Shown here in pieces: positions 13,390-25,700 of a stretch of 64,000 nt of DNA. The position numbers were made by a program, and so were the translations under genes. Source of the DNA: Nitrospirales bacterium (lineage in GTDB: Bacteria > Nitrospirota > Nitrospiria > Nitrospirales > UBA8639); NCBI GenBank assembly GCA_965203295.1, contig CBDBCZ010000015.1, positions 1,120,001 to 1,184,000 on the forward strand, given 5' to 3'. The first letter of the stretch is position 1; every line of letters begins with the position of its first letter. The notes under the pieces were generated by a model that was not told the origin of the DNA, made no database searches, and saw nothing but the letters and a program-made list of their open reading frames with translations.

Positions 13390-13621
13390 GATGATCTACC
13401 TGGGAGAAAATTTCAGTGGCTTTGTTACTGTGCACAACGACAGCCAGGAGGTGGTGAAGGAAACCATCTTTAACTCTTTACCAACCAATGACGCATATAT
13501 GCGTCATGAGCTCCCATAAGCCCATATGAATTTATATGGGGGTTTTAATACTAAGCGTTAATACTTTGTACAGGCTTTTCTGCTTCTTTAAGCTGTTTCT
13601 TATGGTCGGTAAAGGGTTAAG
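13390..13621 (+). pseudogene. TRAPPC13: TRAPPC13 exon 4 equivalent, disrupted by a MITE
   Basis: AG acceptor at 13388-89. Reads MIYLGENFSGFVTVHNDSQEVVKETIF(K), versus recalled human [28 protein letters not shown]. GT donor at 13622. The exon is 85 nt once the 147-nt insertion is removed; the insertion adds an in-frame TAA at 13517-19. Confidence 0.9.
13474..13616. mobile_element. piggyBac-type MITE (143 bp, TTAA TSD)
   Basis: TTAA at 13470-73 and 13617-20. TIRs ctctttaccaacca / tggtcggtaaaggg (12/14 match). Internal palindromes at 13488-13507 and 13521-13540. Confidence 0.88.
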
Positions 13622-14037
13622 GTAGGTTGCAGCAGAGCCAAGGAGTGAGCGTCTGTACAAAATGTCATGTAACAGACAGAACTATGTACGTATATGATCT
13701 CTGTCTGGTCTTGCAGTCACCAAGTAATAAAAGCTACATAGTGTCGTGTCGTATTGCCAGTTTTTTTTTCATGACCATAAAATATCGGTGTGGGAAGGCT
13801 TAGTTGCGATCCTAGCAATATTAGGACAAATTATGCATGTAATGCATAGGTATAGGAGCTGACTCTGTCTGTACTGAAGTTTTGTGTCTGAAGGCCATAC
13901 AGATCTGCTCCGTTTATATTCCTTATAAGGACAAGTCACAAATGTCTATCGCTAATTGCTGCTATAGTTACTGCTCACTGCAGCACTTATCTTGGACTTG
14001 GCAGTGTGTATAGTAGTTGCGTCTTCACATTGTACAG

Positions 14038-14127
14038 GTGGAACTATTGACTCCTTCCAGCTGGACCCGGGGGGAGTTGTTAAGAGCGAATCATAGCGCA
14101 TGAAGTAAAGGAACTGGGAGAGCACAG
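14038..14127 (+). pseudogene. TRAPPC13: TRAPPC13 exon 5 equivalent, frameshifted and internally deleted
   Basis: tacag|VELLTPS, then QLDPGGVV in a second frame, then ERIIAHEVKELGEH|gtaag in a third frame. Recalled human: [29 protein letters not shown]. The 90-nt length is incompatible with the required phase 0 to phase 2. Confidence 0.82.
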
Positions 14128-14464
14128 GTAAGAGATATACGTAGCCTTGATTCGAAGCTATAAGAGATACACATAACTGTCTATGTAGGTAATGAGAGAG
14201 TGTATATGCATTGAAGGGAATGGGTGGGTGAGAACATCAACATAGAAGTATGTTATGTAGCTTCATATGTGACTTACGTTATTTGGACGTGGATCTATGT
14301 CACATTCACCTGTAAAGGATATCTCCACTGTCCCTCCAGTGTTAGGCACGGCCTCAAATGCTTTTTGTTTGTGAAGTCGCATGCAACACGCCTTTCAAAA
14401 CCCTCATATAGCGGTTTTTAAAGTACCAATCTCTTGATTTCCTCAACGTTATATATTACTACAG

Positions 14465-14540
14465 CCTCATCTGTACTTCCACCTACACTGTGCACTCCGC
14501 AGGAGAAGAACTGTTCCTTCGCAAATTTTTCAAGTTCAAT
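14465..14540 (+). pseudogene. TRAPPC13: TRAPPC13 exon 6 equivalent (open frame)
   Basis: tacag|c LICTSTYTVHSAGEELFLRKFFKFN|gtaagc, versus recalled human [24 protein letters not shown]. Confidence 0.9.
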
Positions 14541-14660
14541 GTAAGCATTTTACTGTAAATAGTAAAGCCATGAGTGTAACTTCGGCATTGATTGTAAGCT
14601 GTATTCAGTCTATTGCTGACAGTGTGCTAAATTATGGTCTTGTGTCTCTCTCAAATACAG

Positions 14661-14705
14661 GTTGCTAAACCACTTGATGTAAAGACGAAGTTTTTTAACA
14701 TAGAG
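14661..14705 (+). pseudogene. TRAPPC13: TRAPPC13 exon 7 equivalent (45 nt)
   Basis: tacag|VAKPLDVKTKFFNIE|gtatgt, versus recalled human VLKPLDVKTKFYNAE. Confidence 0.93.
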
Positions 14706-15099
14706 GTATGTACAGAGGTGTGATAAGAGCATTAGCAAAATGTTCTACGTGTGTAGGGGAATTTATGTCTGTCAGGTAGCTGAAATTCTATAACCAGCCA
14801 GAGCGTGAACAATGGACACAGGGACTGTGCAGAATAGTTACAAAGTACCTGTAGTTGATCACTGATCTGCTTGTTGAGTTGTCAGTAGATCTACATGTAC
14901 TATGTACTATAGACGAAATCAAACACCCTGCTTCATTAACAGACCATCTCAAGAAATTGTATAAAGTACACTAACCCTGTTCCCATTGTAGCTTGTAGCC
15001 CCCACACTATGTATTTTCTGAGTGCCTGGGAATGAGGCCACGTCATTATGTACGTAGTTGATGGCTTGTGAATGATGAACTGCATAATAAACCACGCAG

Positions 15100-15230
15100 G
15101 ATGATATTCTTCTTCAAGTTCAGATCCAGGACACCACTACAGGTCCAATGTACTCAGAAGTTGTAGAGTTTGACCCTGCTGCGGGCTTTGAAGCTGTTAA
15201 TCTCAACAAGCTTGAAAATAGAGATAAAGA
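15100..15230 (+). pseudogene. TRAPPC13: TRAPPC13 next internal exon (131 nt)
   Basis: cgcag|DDILLQVQIQDTTTGPMYSEVVEFDPAAGFEAVNLNKLENRDK|gtaagt, versus recalled human [36 protein letters not shown]. Confidence 0.88.
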
Positions 15231-15441
15231 GTAAGTCCATTTGAAATGTAAAAAACTGATGCTAACAGAGGTATAAGAATACATTTGGTTCTGTGTGCGC
15301 CTGTGCGTGTGTAACGGATGTGACGTCCACTAATAAACCATGATTGCACGATACTGTAAGTGTAAACCGTGCACAGCTGTAACTGCTATGCTAGACGTGC
15401 ATAAAATAAAGTCAGTGCCGTTCATCTACATGTACATGCAG

Positions 15442-15491
15442 GCTGAAAGATACCCCGGAACTACTTGAGTCTGAAAGACTTATGCTAGTTG
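15442..15491 (+). pseudogene. Possible further small exon (LKDTPELLESERLMLV)
   Basis: atgcag acceptor, open frame and gtaggt donor. Only weak resemblance to the downstream TRAPPC13 LKPK..VIGK region. Confidence 0.3.
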
Positions 15492-16419
15492 GTAGGTTGT
15501 GCTATGTTTGTGTATATAATATTAAACCGATCTATTCTGGGAGCACTATTTGTAGTTTTTACCACCCAGATAAACATGAAGTGCACCCCAGCTGGTACTA
15601 AGTTATAGTTGTCGTGGACTTTGCCCAGGACAGCTATATTTTGTTTCTTTTTTTGTGGAAAACTATTTCAGAAGCTTCTGGGAGAGTGTACAAACCATAC
15701 TACATTAGCTACTACGTATGTGTGAATTAAGCAATTTAATGCACACTCATGTGATCGATTTTGAGACTTCTGATCTGTTGAAGGTCACATGAGTAGAATT
15801 AAGTGTTGCTTATGGTCGGAAAATAGTACAGACATGTATTATGGCAAGATAGCCACTATGGACAGAATTAGTAATTTGCTGAAACACTTAACTTTGTCTA
15901 GTGTAGCAATATGTACATTGATTGTATCATTGTAACTTAGAACATTCTTGTAACTCATGCCATGAGCCTTGGGACCATTACTAAAAGTGTCTCATGTATT
16001 GCTGGTTTACCTGGAACAGTCTCCTGATTACTGGTAAAAGTGTCTAGGGGATGGTTTAGCTATAACATATTGTGTATATATAGTAACACATTTGATTATT
16101 TCTGTGTAGGTTGGAAGTGAAATGAACATGTCAGATACATGTGCCTTTATCATCTGATAAGTGATATTGTTTTACCTATGTTCTTTTATTGCTGTAGTTG
16201 AATGCTGTATGTGAATGCTTTCTATGTATGTTGTTACCTGTCGCTTGGACACAAGAGTTCAGAAGTAAAATACGGGCATGCCAGGCACTAATTGCATTCA
16301 TGCAGGGTTAGGGATGGGGTTGTAGAATCAAGCTCTGTTGTGTCATTGCTACCTTGTTTGGTTACTTTTTTGCGATTCCATCCCTACATGCTCTTTCATT
16401 TTTAAATGATTTCTTTCAA

Positions 16420-16655
16420 ACTTTTATTATTCAGTGTGCTATAATGCTACAAAACATTTACTACCATCTCAATGGTTAGTCTCGGTACCAGCCCACCTAT
16501 CAAGTCGGAGATCGCTTAGTGGCGGGATACTGTAAGCGATCTCCGACTTGATAGGTGGGCTGGTACCGAGACTACTCAATGGTATACATCCCACCATCCA
16601 GTTCACAGTTGAAGAGAAGGAAAAGGTACTCCTGTTTCTGAATACCAAATCTATT
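16420..16655 (+). mobile_element. Penelope-like retroelement reverse transcriptase remnant, split by a MITE
   Basis: Removing 16477-16583 restores the frame TFIIQCAIMLQNIYYHLNG|IHPTIQFTVEEKEKVLLFLNTK. This matches the recalled PLE RT pattern DDTF..HLNSIHPxIQFTxExE..LPFLD. Confidence 0.75.
16477..16574. mobile_element. 98-bp foldback MITE, TAG..CTA ends, 9-bp TSD (AcademH-like non-autonomous)
   Basis: Perfect 42-bp inverted arms at 16477-16518 and 16533-16574 with a 14-nt loop. ctcaatggt is duplicated at 16468-76 and 16575-83. Confidence 0.88.
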
Positions 16656-16684
16656 TGAGAATAAATAAGAATACTGGGCATAAC

Positions 16685-16748
16685 TAGCCTTGTACCCAGG
16701 CCTTCCCCGCACTTTCGTGAGTGCAGGGAAGGCCTAGGTATGAGGCTA
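16685..16748. mobile_element. Older 64-bp TAGCCT..AGGCTA hairpin MITE
   Basis: Arms tagccttgtacccaggccttccccgcac / gtgcagggaaggcctaggtatgaggcta (24/28 match). Flanks gggcataac / gggcttccc may be a decayed 9-bp TSD. Confidence 0.72.
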
Positions 16749-16771
16749 GGGCTTCCCTTCTAGGAGCTGAG

Positions 16772-19700
16772 TAGGAAAAGAACCTGTTATTCAAAGGCTT
16801 GTTTAGTTTGAATGATGTTAGTCAGATACAATACATGCTTAGGAAGTATCGATGTTCAAGAAAGGAACTGGTTATTCAAAGGCCGGTTTAGTTTGGTTGA
16901 TGTTAGTCTGAAGATTAGGAAAGAAGAATTTTACTCGAAAATTGTTATTTTTTTTGTCTCTGGCAAAGACTTTAAGCCAAAGTAACTAGCTACCATTGAT
17001 CTGACCCTTCCCAACTGGTTAGGAAACGAACTGGTTATTCAAAGGCTAGTTTAGTTTGAATGATGTTAGTCAAATACAATACATCCTTAGGAAGTATCGA
17101 TGTTCAAGAAAGGAACTGGTTATTCAAAGGCTTGTTTAATTTGGTAGATGTTAGTCTGCAGATTAGGAAAGAAGGATTTTATTGAAAATTGTTAGTTTTG
17201 TTGGTCTCTAGCAAAGACTTTAAGCCAAAGTAACTAGCTACCATTGATTAGGAAAGAAGGATTTTATTGAAAATTTTTAGTTTTGTTGGTCTCTAGCAAA
17301 GACTTTAAGCCAAAATAACTAGCTACCATTGATCTGACCCTTCCCAACTGTTTAGGAAAAGAACTTGTTATTCAAAGGCTTGTTTAGTTTGAATTATGTT
17401 AGTCTGAAGATTAGGAAAGAAGGATTTTATTGAAAATTGTTAGTTTTGTTGGTCTCTAGCAAAGACTTTAACCCAAAGTCACTAGCTACCATTGATCTGA
17501 CCCTTCCAAACTGTTTATAAAAAGAGCTGGTTATTCAAAGGCTAGTTTAGTTTGAATGATGTTAGTCAAATACAATATTCCTTAGGAAGTATCGATGTTC
17601 AAGAAAGGAACTGGTTATTCAAAGGCTTGTTTAGTTTGGTTGATGTTAGTCTGCAGATTAGGAAAGAAGTATTTTAATGAAAATTATTAGTTTTGTTGGT
17701 CTCTAGCAAAGACTTTAAGCCAAAGTTACTAGCTACCTTTGATCTGACCCTTCCCAACTGTTTAGAAAAAGAGCTGGTTATTCAAAAGCTTGTTTAGTTT
17801 GAATGATGTTAGTCTGAAGATTAGGAAAGAAGGATTTTATTTAAAATTGTTAGTTTTGTTGGTCTCTAGCAAAGACTTTAAGCCAAAGTAACTAGCTACC
17901 ATTGATCTGACCCTTCCCAACTGTTTAGGAAAAGAACTAGTTATTCAAAGGCTTATTTAGTTTGAATGATGTTAGTCATATACAATACACGCTTAGGAAG
18001 TATTGATGTTCAAGAAAGGAACTTGTTATATATTCAAAGGCTTGTTTAGTTTGGTTGATGTTAGTCTGAAGATTAGGAAAGAAGGATTTTATTGAAAATT
18101 GTTAGTTTTGTTGATCTCAGGCAAAGACTTTCAGCCAAAGTAAATGGCTACCATTGATCTGACCCTTCCCAACTGTTTAGGAAAAGAACCTGTTATTCAA
18201 AGGCTTGTTTAGTTTGAATGATGTTAGTCAGATACAATACATGCTTAGGAAGTATCGATGTTCAAGAAAGGAACTGGTTATTCAAAGGCCGGTTTAGTTT
18301 GGTTGATGTTAGTCTGAAGATTAAGAAAGAAGAATTTTACTCAAAAATTGTTATTTTTTTTGTCTCTGGCAAAGACTTTAAGCCAAAGTAACTGGCTACC
18401 ATTGATCTGATCCTTCCCAACTATTTAGAAAAAGAGCTGGTTATTCAAAGGCTTGTTTTGTTTGAATGATATTTGTCAGATACAATACATGCTTAGGAAG
18501 TATCAATGTTCAAGAAAGGAACTGGTTATTCAAAGGCTTGTTTAGTTTGGTTGATGTTAGTCTGAAGATTAGGAAAGAAGTATTTTAATGAAAATTATTA
18601 GTTTTGTTGGTCTCTAGCAAAGACTTTAAGCCAAAGTTACTAGCTACCTTTGATCTGACCCTTCCCAACTGTTTAGAAAAAGAACTGGTTATTCAAAAGC
18701 TTGTTTAGTTTGAATGATGTTAGTCTGAAGATTAGGAAAGAAGGATTTTATTTAAAATTGTTAGTTTTGTTGGTCTCTAGCAAAGACTTTAAGCCAAAGT
18801 AATTAGCTACCATTGATCTGATTCTTCCCAACTGTTTAGGAAAAGAACTAGTTATTGAAAGGCTTATTTAGTTTGAATGATGTTAGTCATATACAATACA
18901 CGCTTAGGAAGTATTGATGTTCAAGAAAGGAACTTGTTATATATTCAAAGGCTTGTTTAGTTTGGTTGATGTTAGTCTGAAGATTAGGAAAGAAGGATTT
19001 TATTGAAAATTGTTAGTTTTGTTGATCTAAGGTAAAGACTTTCAGCCAAAGTAAATGGCTACCATTGATCTGACCCTTCCCAACTGTTTAGGAAAAGAAC
19101 CTGTTATTCAAAGGCTTGTTTAGTTTGAATGATGTTAGTCAGATACAATACATGCTTAGGAAGTATCGATGTTCAAGAAAGGAACTGGTTATTCAAAGGC
19201 CGGTTTAGTTTGGTTGATGTTAGTCTGAAGATTAAGAAAGAAGAATTTTACTCAAAAATTGTTATTTTTTTTGTCTCTGGCAAAGACTTTAAGCCAAAGT
19301 AACTGGCTACCATTGATCTGATCCTTCCCAACTATTTAGAAAAAGAGCTGGTTATTCAAAGGCTTGTTTTGTTTGAATGATATTTGTCAGATACAATACA
19401 TGCTTAGGAAGTATCAATGTTCAAGAAAGGAACTGGTTATTCAAAGGCTTGTTTAGTTTGGTTGATGTTAGTCTGCAGATTAGGAAAGAAGTATTTTAAT
19501 GAAAATTATTAGTTTTGTTGGTCTCTAGCAAAGACTTTAAGCCAAAGTTACTAGCTACCTTTGATCTGACCCTTCCCAACTGTTTAGAAAAAGAGCTGGT
19601 TATTCAAAAGCTTGTTTAGTTTGAATGATGTTAGTCTGAAGATTAGGAAAGAAGGATTTTATTTAAAATTGTTAGTTTTGTTGGTCTCTAGCAAAGACTT

Positions 19701-22700
19701 TAAGCCAAAGTAACTAGCTACCATTGATCTGACCCTTCCCAACTGTTTAGGAAAAGAACTAGTTATTCAAAGGCTTATTTAGTTTGAATGATGTTAGTCA
19801 TATACAATACACGCTTAGGAAGTATTGATGTTCAAGAAAGGAACTTGTTATATATTCAAAGGCTTGTTTAGTTTGGTTGATGTTAGTCTGAAGATTAGGA
19901 AAGAAGGATTTTATTGAAAATTGTTAGTTTTGTTGATCTCAGGCAAAGACTTTCAGCCAAAGTAAATGGCTACCATTGATCTGACCCTTCCCAACTGTTT
20001 AGGAAAAGAACCTGTTATTCAAAGGCTTGTTTAGTTTGAATGATGTTAGTCAGATACAATACATGCTTAGGAAGTATCGATGTTCAAGAAAGGAACTGGT
20101 TATTCAAAGGCCGGTTTAGTTTGGTTGATGTTAGTCTGAAGATTAAGAAAGAAGAATTTTACTCAAAAATTGTTATTTTTTTTGTCTCTGGCAAAGACTT
20201 TAAGCCAAAGTAACTGGCTACCATTGATCTGATCCTTCCCAACTATTTAGAAAAAGAGCTGGTTATTCAAAGGCTTGTTTTGTTTGAATGATATTTGTCA
20301 GATACAATACATGCTTAGGAAGTATCAATGTTCAAGAAAGGAACTGGTTATTCAAAGGCTTGTTTAGTTTGGTTGATGTTAGTCCGAAGATTAGGAAAGA
20401 AGGATTTTATAGAAAATTGTTAGTTTTGTTGGTCTCTAGCAAAGACTTTAAGCCAAAGTAACTAGCTACCTTTGATCTGACCCTTCCCAACTGTTTAGGA
20501 AAAGAGCTGGTTATTCAAAGGCTTGTTTAGTTTGAATGATGTTAGTCTAAAGATTAGGAAAGAAGGATTTTAATGAAAATTGTTAGTTTTGTTGGTCTCT
20601 GGCAAAGACTTTAAGCCAAAGTAACTATCTACCATTTATCTGACCCTTCCTAACTGTTTAGAAAAAGAGCTGGTTATTCAAAGGCCTGTTTAGTTTTGTT
20701 GATGTTAGCCTGAAGATTAGGAAAGAAGGATTTTATTGAAAATTGTTAGTTTTGTTGGTCTCTAGCAAAGACTTTAAGCCAAAGTTACTAGCTACCATTG
20801 ATCTGACCCTTCCGAACTATTTAGAAAATGAGCTGGTTATTCAAAAGCTTGTTTTGTTTGAATGATATTAGTCAGATACAATACTTGCTTAGGAAGTATC
20901 AATGTTCAAGAAAGGAACTGGTTATTCAAAGGCTTGTTTAGTTTTGTTGATGTTAGTCTGAAGATTAGGAAAGAAGGATTTTATTTAAAATTGTTAGTTT
21001 TTTTGTCTCTAGCAAAGACTTTAAGCCAAAGTAACTAGCTACCATTTATCTGACCCTTCCGAACTGTTTATAAAAAGAACTGGTTATTCAAAGGCCTGTT
21101 TAGTTTTGTTGACGTTAGCCTGAAGATTAGGAAAGAAGGAATTTATTGAAAATTGTTAGTTTTGTTGGTCTCTAGCAAAGACTTTAAGCCAAAGTAACTA
21201 GCTACCATTGATCTGACCCTTCCCAACTGTTTAGAAAAAGAACTTGTTATTCAAAGGCTTGTTTAGTTTGAATTATGTTAGTCTGAAGATTAGGAAAGAA
21301 GGATTTTATTGAAAATTGTTAGTTTTGTTGGTCTCTAGCAAAGACTTTAAGCCAAAGTCACTAGCTACCATTGATCTGACCCTTCCCAACTGTTTTGGAA
21401 AAGAACTGGTTATTCAAAGGCTTATTTGGTTTGAATGATGTTAGTCATATACAATACACGCTTAGGAAATATCGATGTTCAAGAAAGGAACTTGTTATAT
21501 ATTCAAAGGCTTGTTTAGTTTGGTTGATGTTAGTCTGAAGATTAGGAAAGAAGGATTTTATTGAAAATTGTTAGTTTTGTTGATCTCAGGCAAAGACTTT
21601 CAGCCAAAGTAAATGGCTACCATTGATCTGACCCTTCCCAACTGTTTAGGAAAAGAACCTGTTATTCAAAGGCTTGTTTAGTTTGAATGATGTTAGTCAG
21701 ATACAATACATGCTTAGGAAGTATCGATGTTCAAGAAAGGAACTGGTTATTCAAAGGCCGGTTTAGTTTGGTTGATGTTAGTCTGAAGATTAAGAAAGAA
21801 GAATTTTACTCAAAAATTGTTATTTTTTTTGTCTCTGGCAAAGACTTTAAGCCAAAGTAACTGGCTACCATTGATCTGATCCTTCCCAACTATTTAGAAA
21901 AAGAGCTGGTTATTCAAAGGCTTGTTTAGTCTGCTTGATGTTAGTCTGCAGATAAGGAAAGAAGTATTTTATAGAAAATCGTTAGTTTTGTTGGTCTCTA
22001 GCAAAGACTTTGAGCCAAAGTAACTAGCTACCATTTATCTAACCCTTCCCAACTGTTTAGGAAAAGAACTGGTTATTCAAAGGCTTAATTCGTTTTAATG
22101 ATGTTAGTAGGATACAATACATGTTTAGGAAGTGTCGATGTTCAAGAAAGGAACTGGTAATTCAAAGGCTTGTTTAATTTGGTTGATGTTAGTCTTAAGA
22201 TTAGGAAAGAAGGATTTTATTTAAAATTGTTAGTTTTTTTGTCTCTAGCAAAGACTTTAAGCAAAATTAACTAGCTACCATTTATCTGACCCTTCCCAAC
22301 TGTTTACAAAAAGAGCTGGTTATTCAAAGGCCTGGTTAGTTTTGTTGATGTTAGCATGAAGATTAGGAAAGAAGGATTTTATTGAAAATTGTTAGTTTTG
22401 TTGGTCTCAGGCAAAGACTTTCAGCCAAAGTAACTGGCTACCATTGATCTGACCCTTCCCAACTGTTTAGGAAAAGAACTGGTTATTCAAAGGCTTGTTT
22501 AGTTTGAATGATGTTAGTCAGATACAATACATGCTTAGGAAGTGGCGATGTTCAAGAAAGGAACTGGTTATTATGAATGATGTTATTCAGATACAATACA
22601 CGCTTAGGAAGTATCGATGTTCAAGAAAGGAACTTGTTATTCAAGGGCTTGTTTAGTTTCATTGATGTTAGTCTAAAGATTAGGAAAGAAGGATTTTAAT

Positions 22701-25700
22701 GAAAATTATTAGTTTTGTTGGTCTCTAGCAAAGACTTTAAGCCAAAGTTACTAGCTACCTTTGATCTGACCCTTCCCAACTGTTTAGAAAAAGTGCTGGT
22801 TATTCAAAAGCTTGTTTAGTTTGAATGATGTTAGTCTGAAGATCAGGAAAGAAGGATTTTATTGAAAATTGTTAGTTTTGTTGGTCTCTAGCAAAGACTT
22901 TTAGCCAAAGTAACTAGCTACCATTGATCAAACCCTTCCCAACTGTTTTGGAAAAGAACTGGTTATATAAAGACTTGTTTAGTTTGAATAATGTTAGTCT
23001 GAAGATTAGGAAAGAAGGATTTTATTGAAAATTGTTAATTTTGTTGGTCTCTAGCAAAGACTTTAAGCCAAAGTCACTAGCTACCATTGATCTGACCCTT
23101 CCCAACTGTTTAGAAAAAGAGCTCGTTATTCAAAGGCTTGTTTTGTTTGAATGATATTAGTCAGATAAAATACATGCTTAGGAAGTATCAATGCTCAAGT
23201 AAGGAACTGGTTATTCAAAGGCTTGTTTAGTTTGCTTGATGTTAGTCTGCAGATTAGGAAAGAAGTATTTTATAGAAAATCGTTATTTTTTTGGGTCTCT
23301 AGCAAAGACTTTTAGCCAAAGTAACTACCTACCATTCATCTGACCCTTCCCAACTGTTTAGGAAAACAACTGGTTATTCAAAGGCTTGATTTGTTTTAAT
23401 GATGATAGTCGGATACAATACATGTTTAGGAAGTATCGATGTTCAAGAAAGGAACTGGTTATTCAAAGGCTTGTTTAGTTTGGTTGATGTTAGTCTGAAG
23501 ATTAGGAAAGAAGGATTTTATGGAAAATTGTTAGTTTTGTTGGTCTCTAGCAATGACTTTAAGCCGAAGTAACTAGCTACCATTGATCTGACCCTTCCCA
23601 ACTGTTTAGAAAAAGAACTGGTTATTCAAAGGCTTGTTTAGTTTTGTTGATGTTAGTCAAATACAATACTTGCCTAGGAAGTATCGATGTTCAAGAAAGG
23701 AACTTGTTATTCAAAGGCTTGTTTAGTTTGGTTGATGTTAGTCTGAAGATTATGAAAGAAGGATTTATTGAAAATTGTTAGTTTTGTTGGTCTCAGGCAA
23801 AGACTTTCAGCCAAAGTAACTTGCTACCATTGATCTGACCCTTCCCAATTATTTAGAAAAAGAACTTGTTATTCAAAGGCTTGCTTAGTTTGAATGATGT
23901 TAGTCAGATACAATACACGCTTAGGAAGTATCGATGTTCAAGAAAGGAATTGGTTATTCAAATGCTTATTTAGTTTGCTTGATGTTAGTCTGCAGATTAT
24001 GAAAGAAGTATTTTATAGAAAATCGTTTGTTTTGTTCGTCTCTAGCAAAGACTTTGAGCCAAAGTAACTAGCTACCATTGATCTGACCCTTCCCAACTGT
24101 TTAGGAAAAGAACAGGTTATTCAAAGGCTTGATTAGTTTTAATGATGTTAGTCGGATACAATACATGTTTAGGAAGTGTCGATGTTCAAGAAAGGAACTG
24201 GTTTTTCAAAGGCTTGTTTAGTTTGGTTGATGTTAGTCTTAAGATTAGGAAAGAAGGATTTTATTGAAAATTGTTTGTTTTGTTGGTCTCAGGCAAAGAC
24301 TTTCAGCCAAAGTAACTAGCTACCATTGATCTGACCCTTCCTAACTGTTTAGGAAAAGAACTAGTTATTCAAAGAAGGCTTGTTTAGTTGGAATGATGTT
24401 AGTCTGAAGATTAGGAAAGAAGGATTTTAGTGAAAATTGTTTGTTTTGTTGGTCTCTAGCAAAGACTTTAAGCCAAAGTAACTATCTACAATTTATCTGA
24501 CCCTTTCCAACTGTTTAGAAAAAGAACTGGTTATTCAAAGGCCTGTTTAGTTTTGTTGATGTTAGCCTGAAGATTAGGAAAGAAGGATTTTATTGAAAAT
24601 TGTTAGTTTTGTTGGTCTCTAGCAAAGACTTTAAGCCAAAGTAACTAGATACCATTTATCTGACCCTTCCGAACTATTTAGAAAATGAGCTGGTTATTTA
24701 AAGGCTTGTTTTTTTTGAATGATATTAGTCAGATTCAATACATGCTTAGGAAGTATCAATGTTCAAGAAAGGAACTGGTTATTCAAAGGCTTGTTTAGTT
24801 TTGTTGATGTTAGTTTGCAGATTAGTAAAGAAGGATATTATTTAAAATTGTTAGTTTTTTTGTCTCTAGCAAAGACTTTAAGCCAAAGTAACTGGCTACC
24901 ATTTATCTGACCCTTCCCAACTGTTTAGAAAAAGAGCTGGTTATTCAAAGGCCTGTTTAGTTTTGTTGATGTTAGCCTGAAGATAAGGAAAGAAGGATTT
25001 TATTGAAAATTGTTAGTTTTGTTGGTCTCAGGCAAAGACTTTCAGCCAAAGTAACTGGCTACCATTGATCTGACCCTTCCCAACTGTTTAGGAAAAGAAC
25101 TGGTTATTCAAAGGCTTGTTTAGTTTGAATGATGTTAGTCAGATACAATACATGCTTAGGAAGTATCGCTGTTCAAGAAAGGAACTGGTTATTCAAAGGC
25201 TTGATTAGTTTTAATGATGTTAGTCGGATACAATACATGTTTATGAAGTGTCGATGTTCAAGAAAGGAACTGGTTATTCAAATGCTTGTTTAGTTTGGTT
25301 GATGTTAGTCTGATAATTAGGAAAGAAGGATTTCATTGAAAATTGTTAGTTTTGTTGGTGTCAGGCAAAGACTTTCAGCCAAAGTAACTAGCTACCATTG
25401 ATCTGACCCTTCCTAACTGTTTAGGAAAAGAACTGGTTATTCAAAGGCTTGTTTAGTTTGAATGATGTTAGTCTGAAGATTAGGAAAGAAGGATTTTATT
25501 GAAATTGTTAGTTTTGTTGGTCTCTAGCAAAGACTTTTAGCCAAAGTAACTAGCTACCATTTATATGACCCTTCCAAACTGTTTAGAAAATGAACTGGTT
25601 ATTCAAAGGCCTGTTTAGTTTGAATGATGTTTGTCAGATACAATACACGCTTAGGAAGTATCGATGTTCAAGAAAGGAACTGGTTATTCAAAGGCTTGTT

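Noticed and set aside
14988..15040. Third TAG-type hairpin MITE (cctgggaatgaggcca)
   Set aside because: Only one arm is recognisable, with no convincing partner arm or TSD.
15271..15300. YKNTFGSV as a remnant of the TRAPPC13 STFGS exon
   Set aside because: Would need a 40-nt intron with a GAG acceptor, and the similarity stops after four residues.
16110..16160. Possible terminal exon VGSEMNMSDTCAFII*
   Set aside because: An acceptor-like tgtag is present but there is no recognisable homology.
14224..16681. ORFs 14224-14421 (+) and 16469-16681 (-)
   Set aside because: The first is intronic. The second is antisense across the MITE and the Penelope relic.
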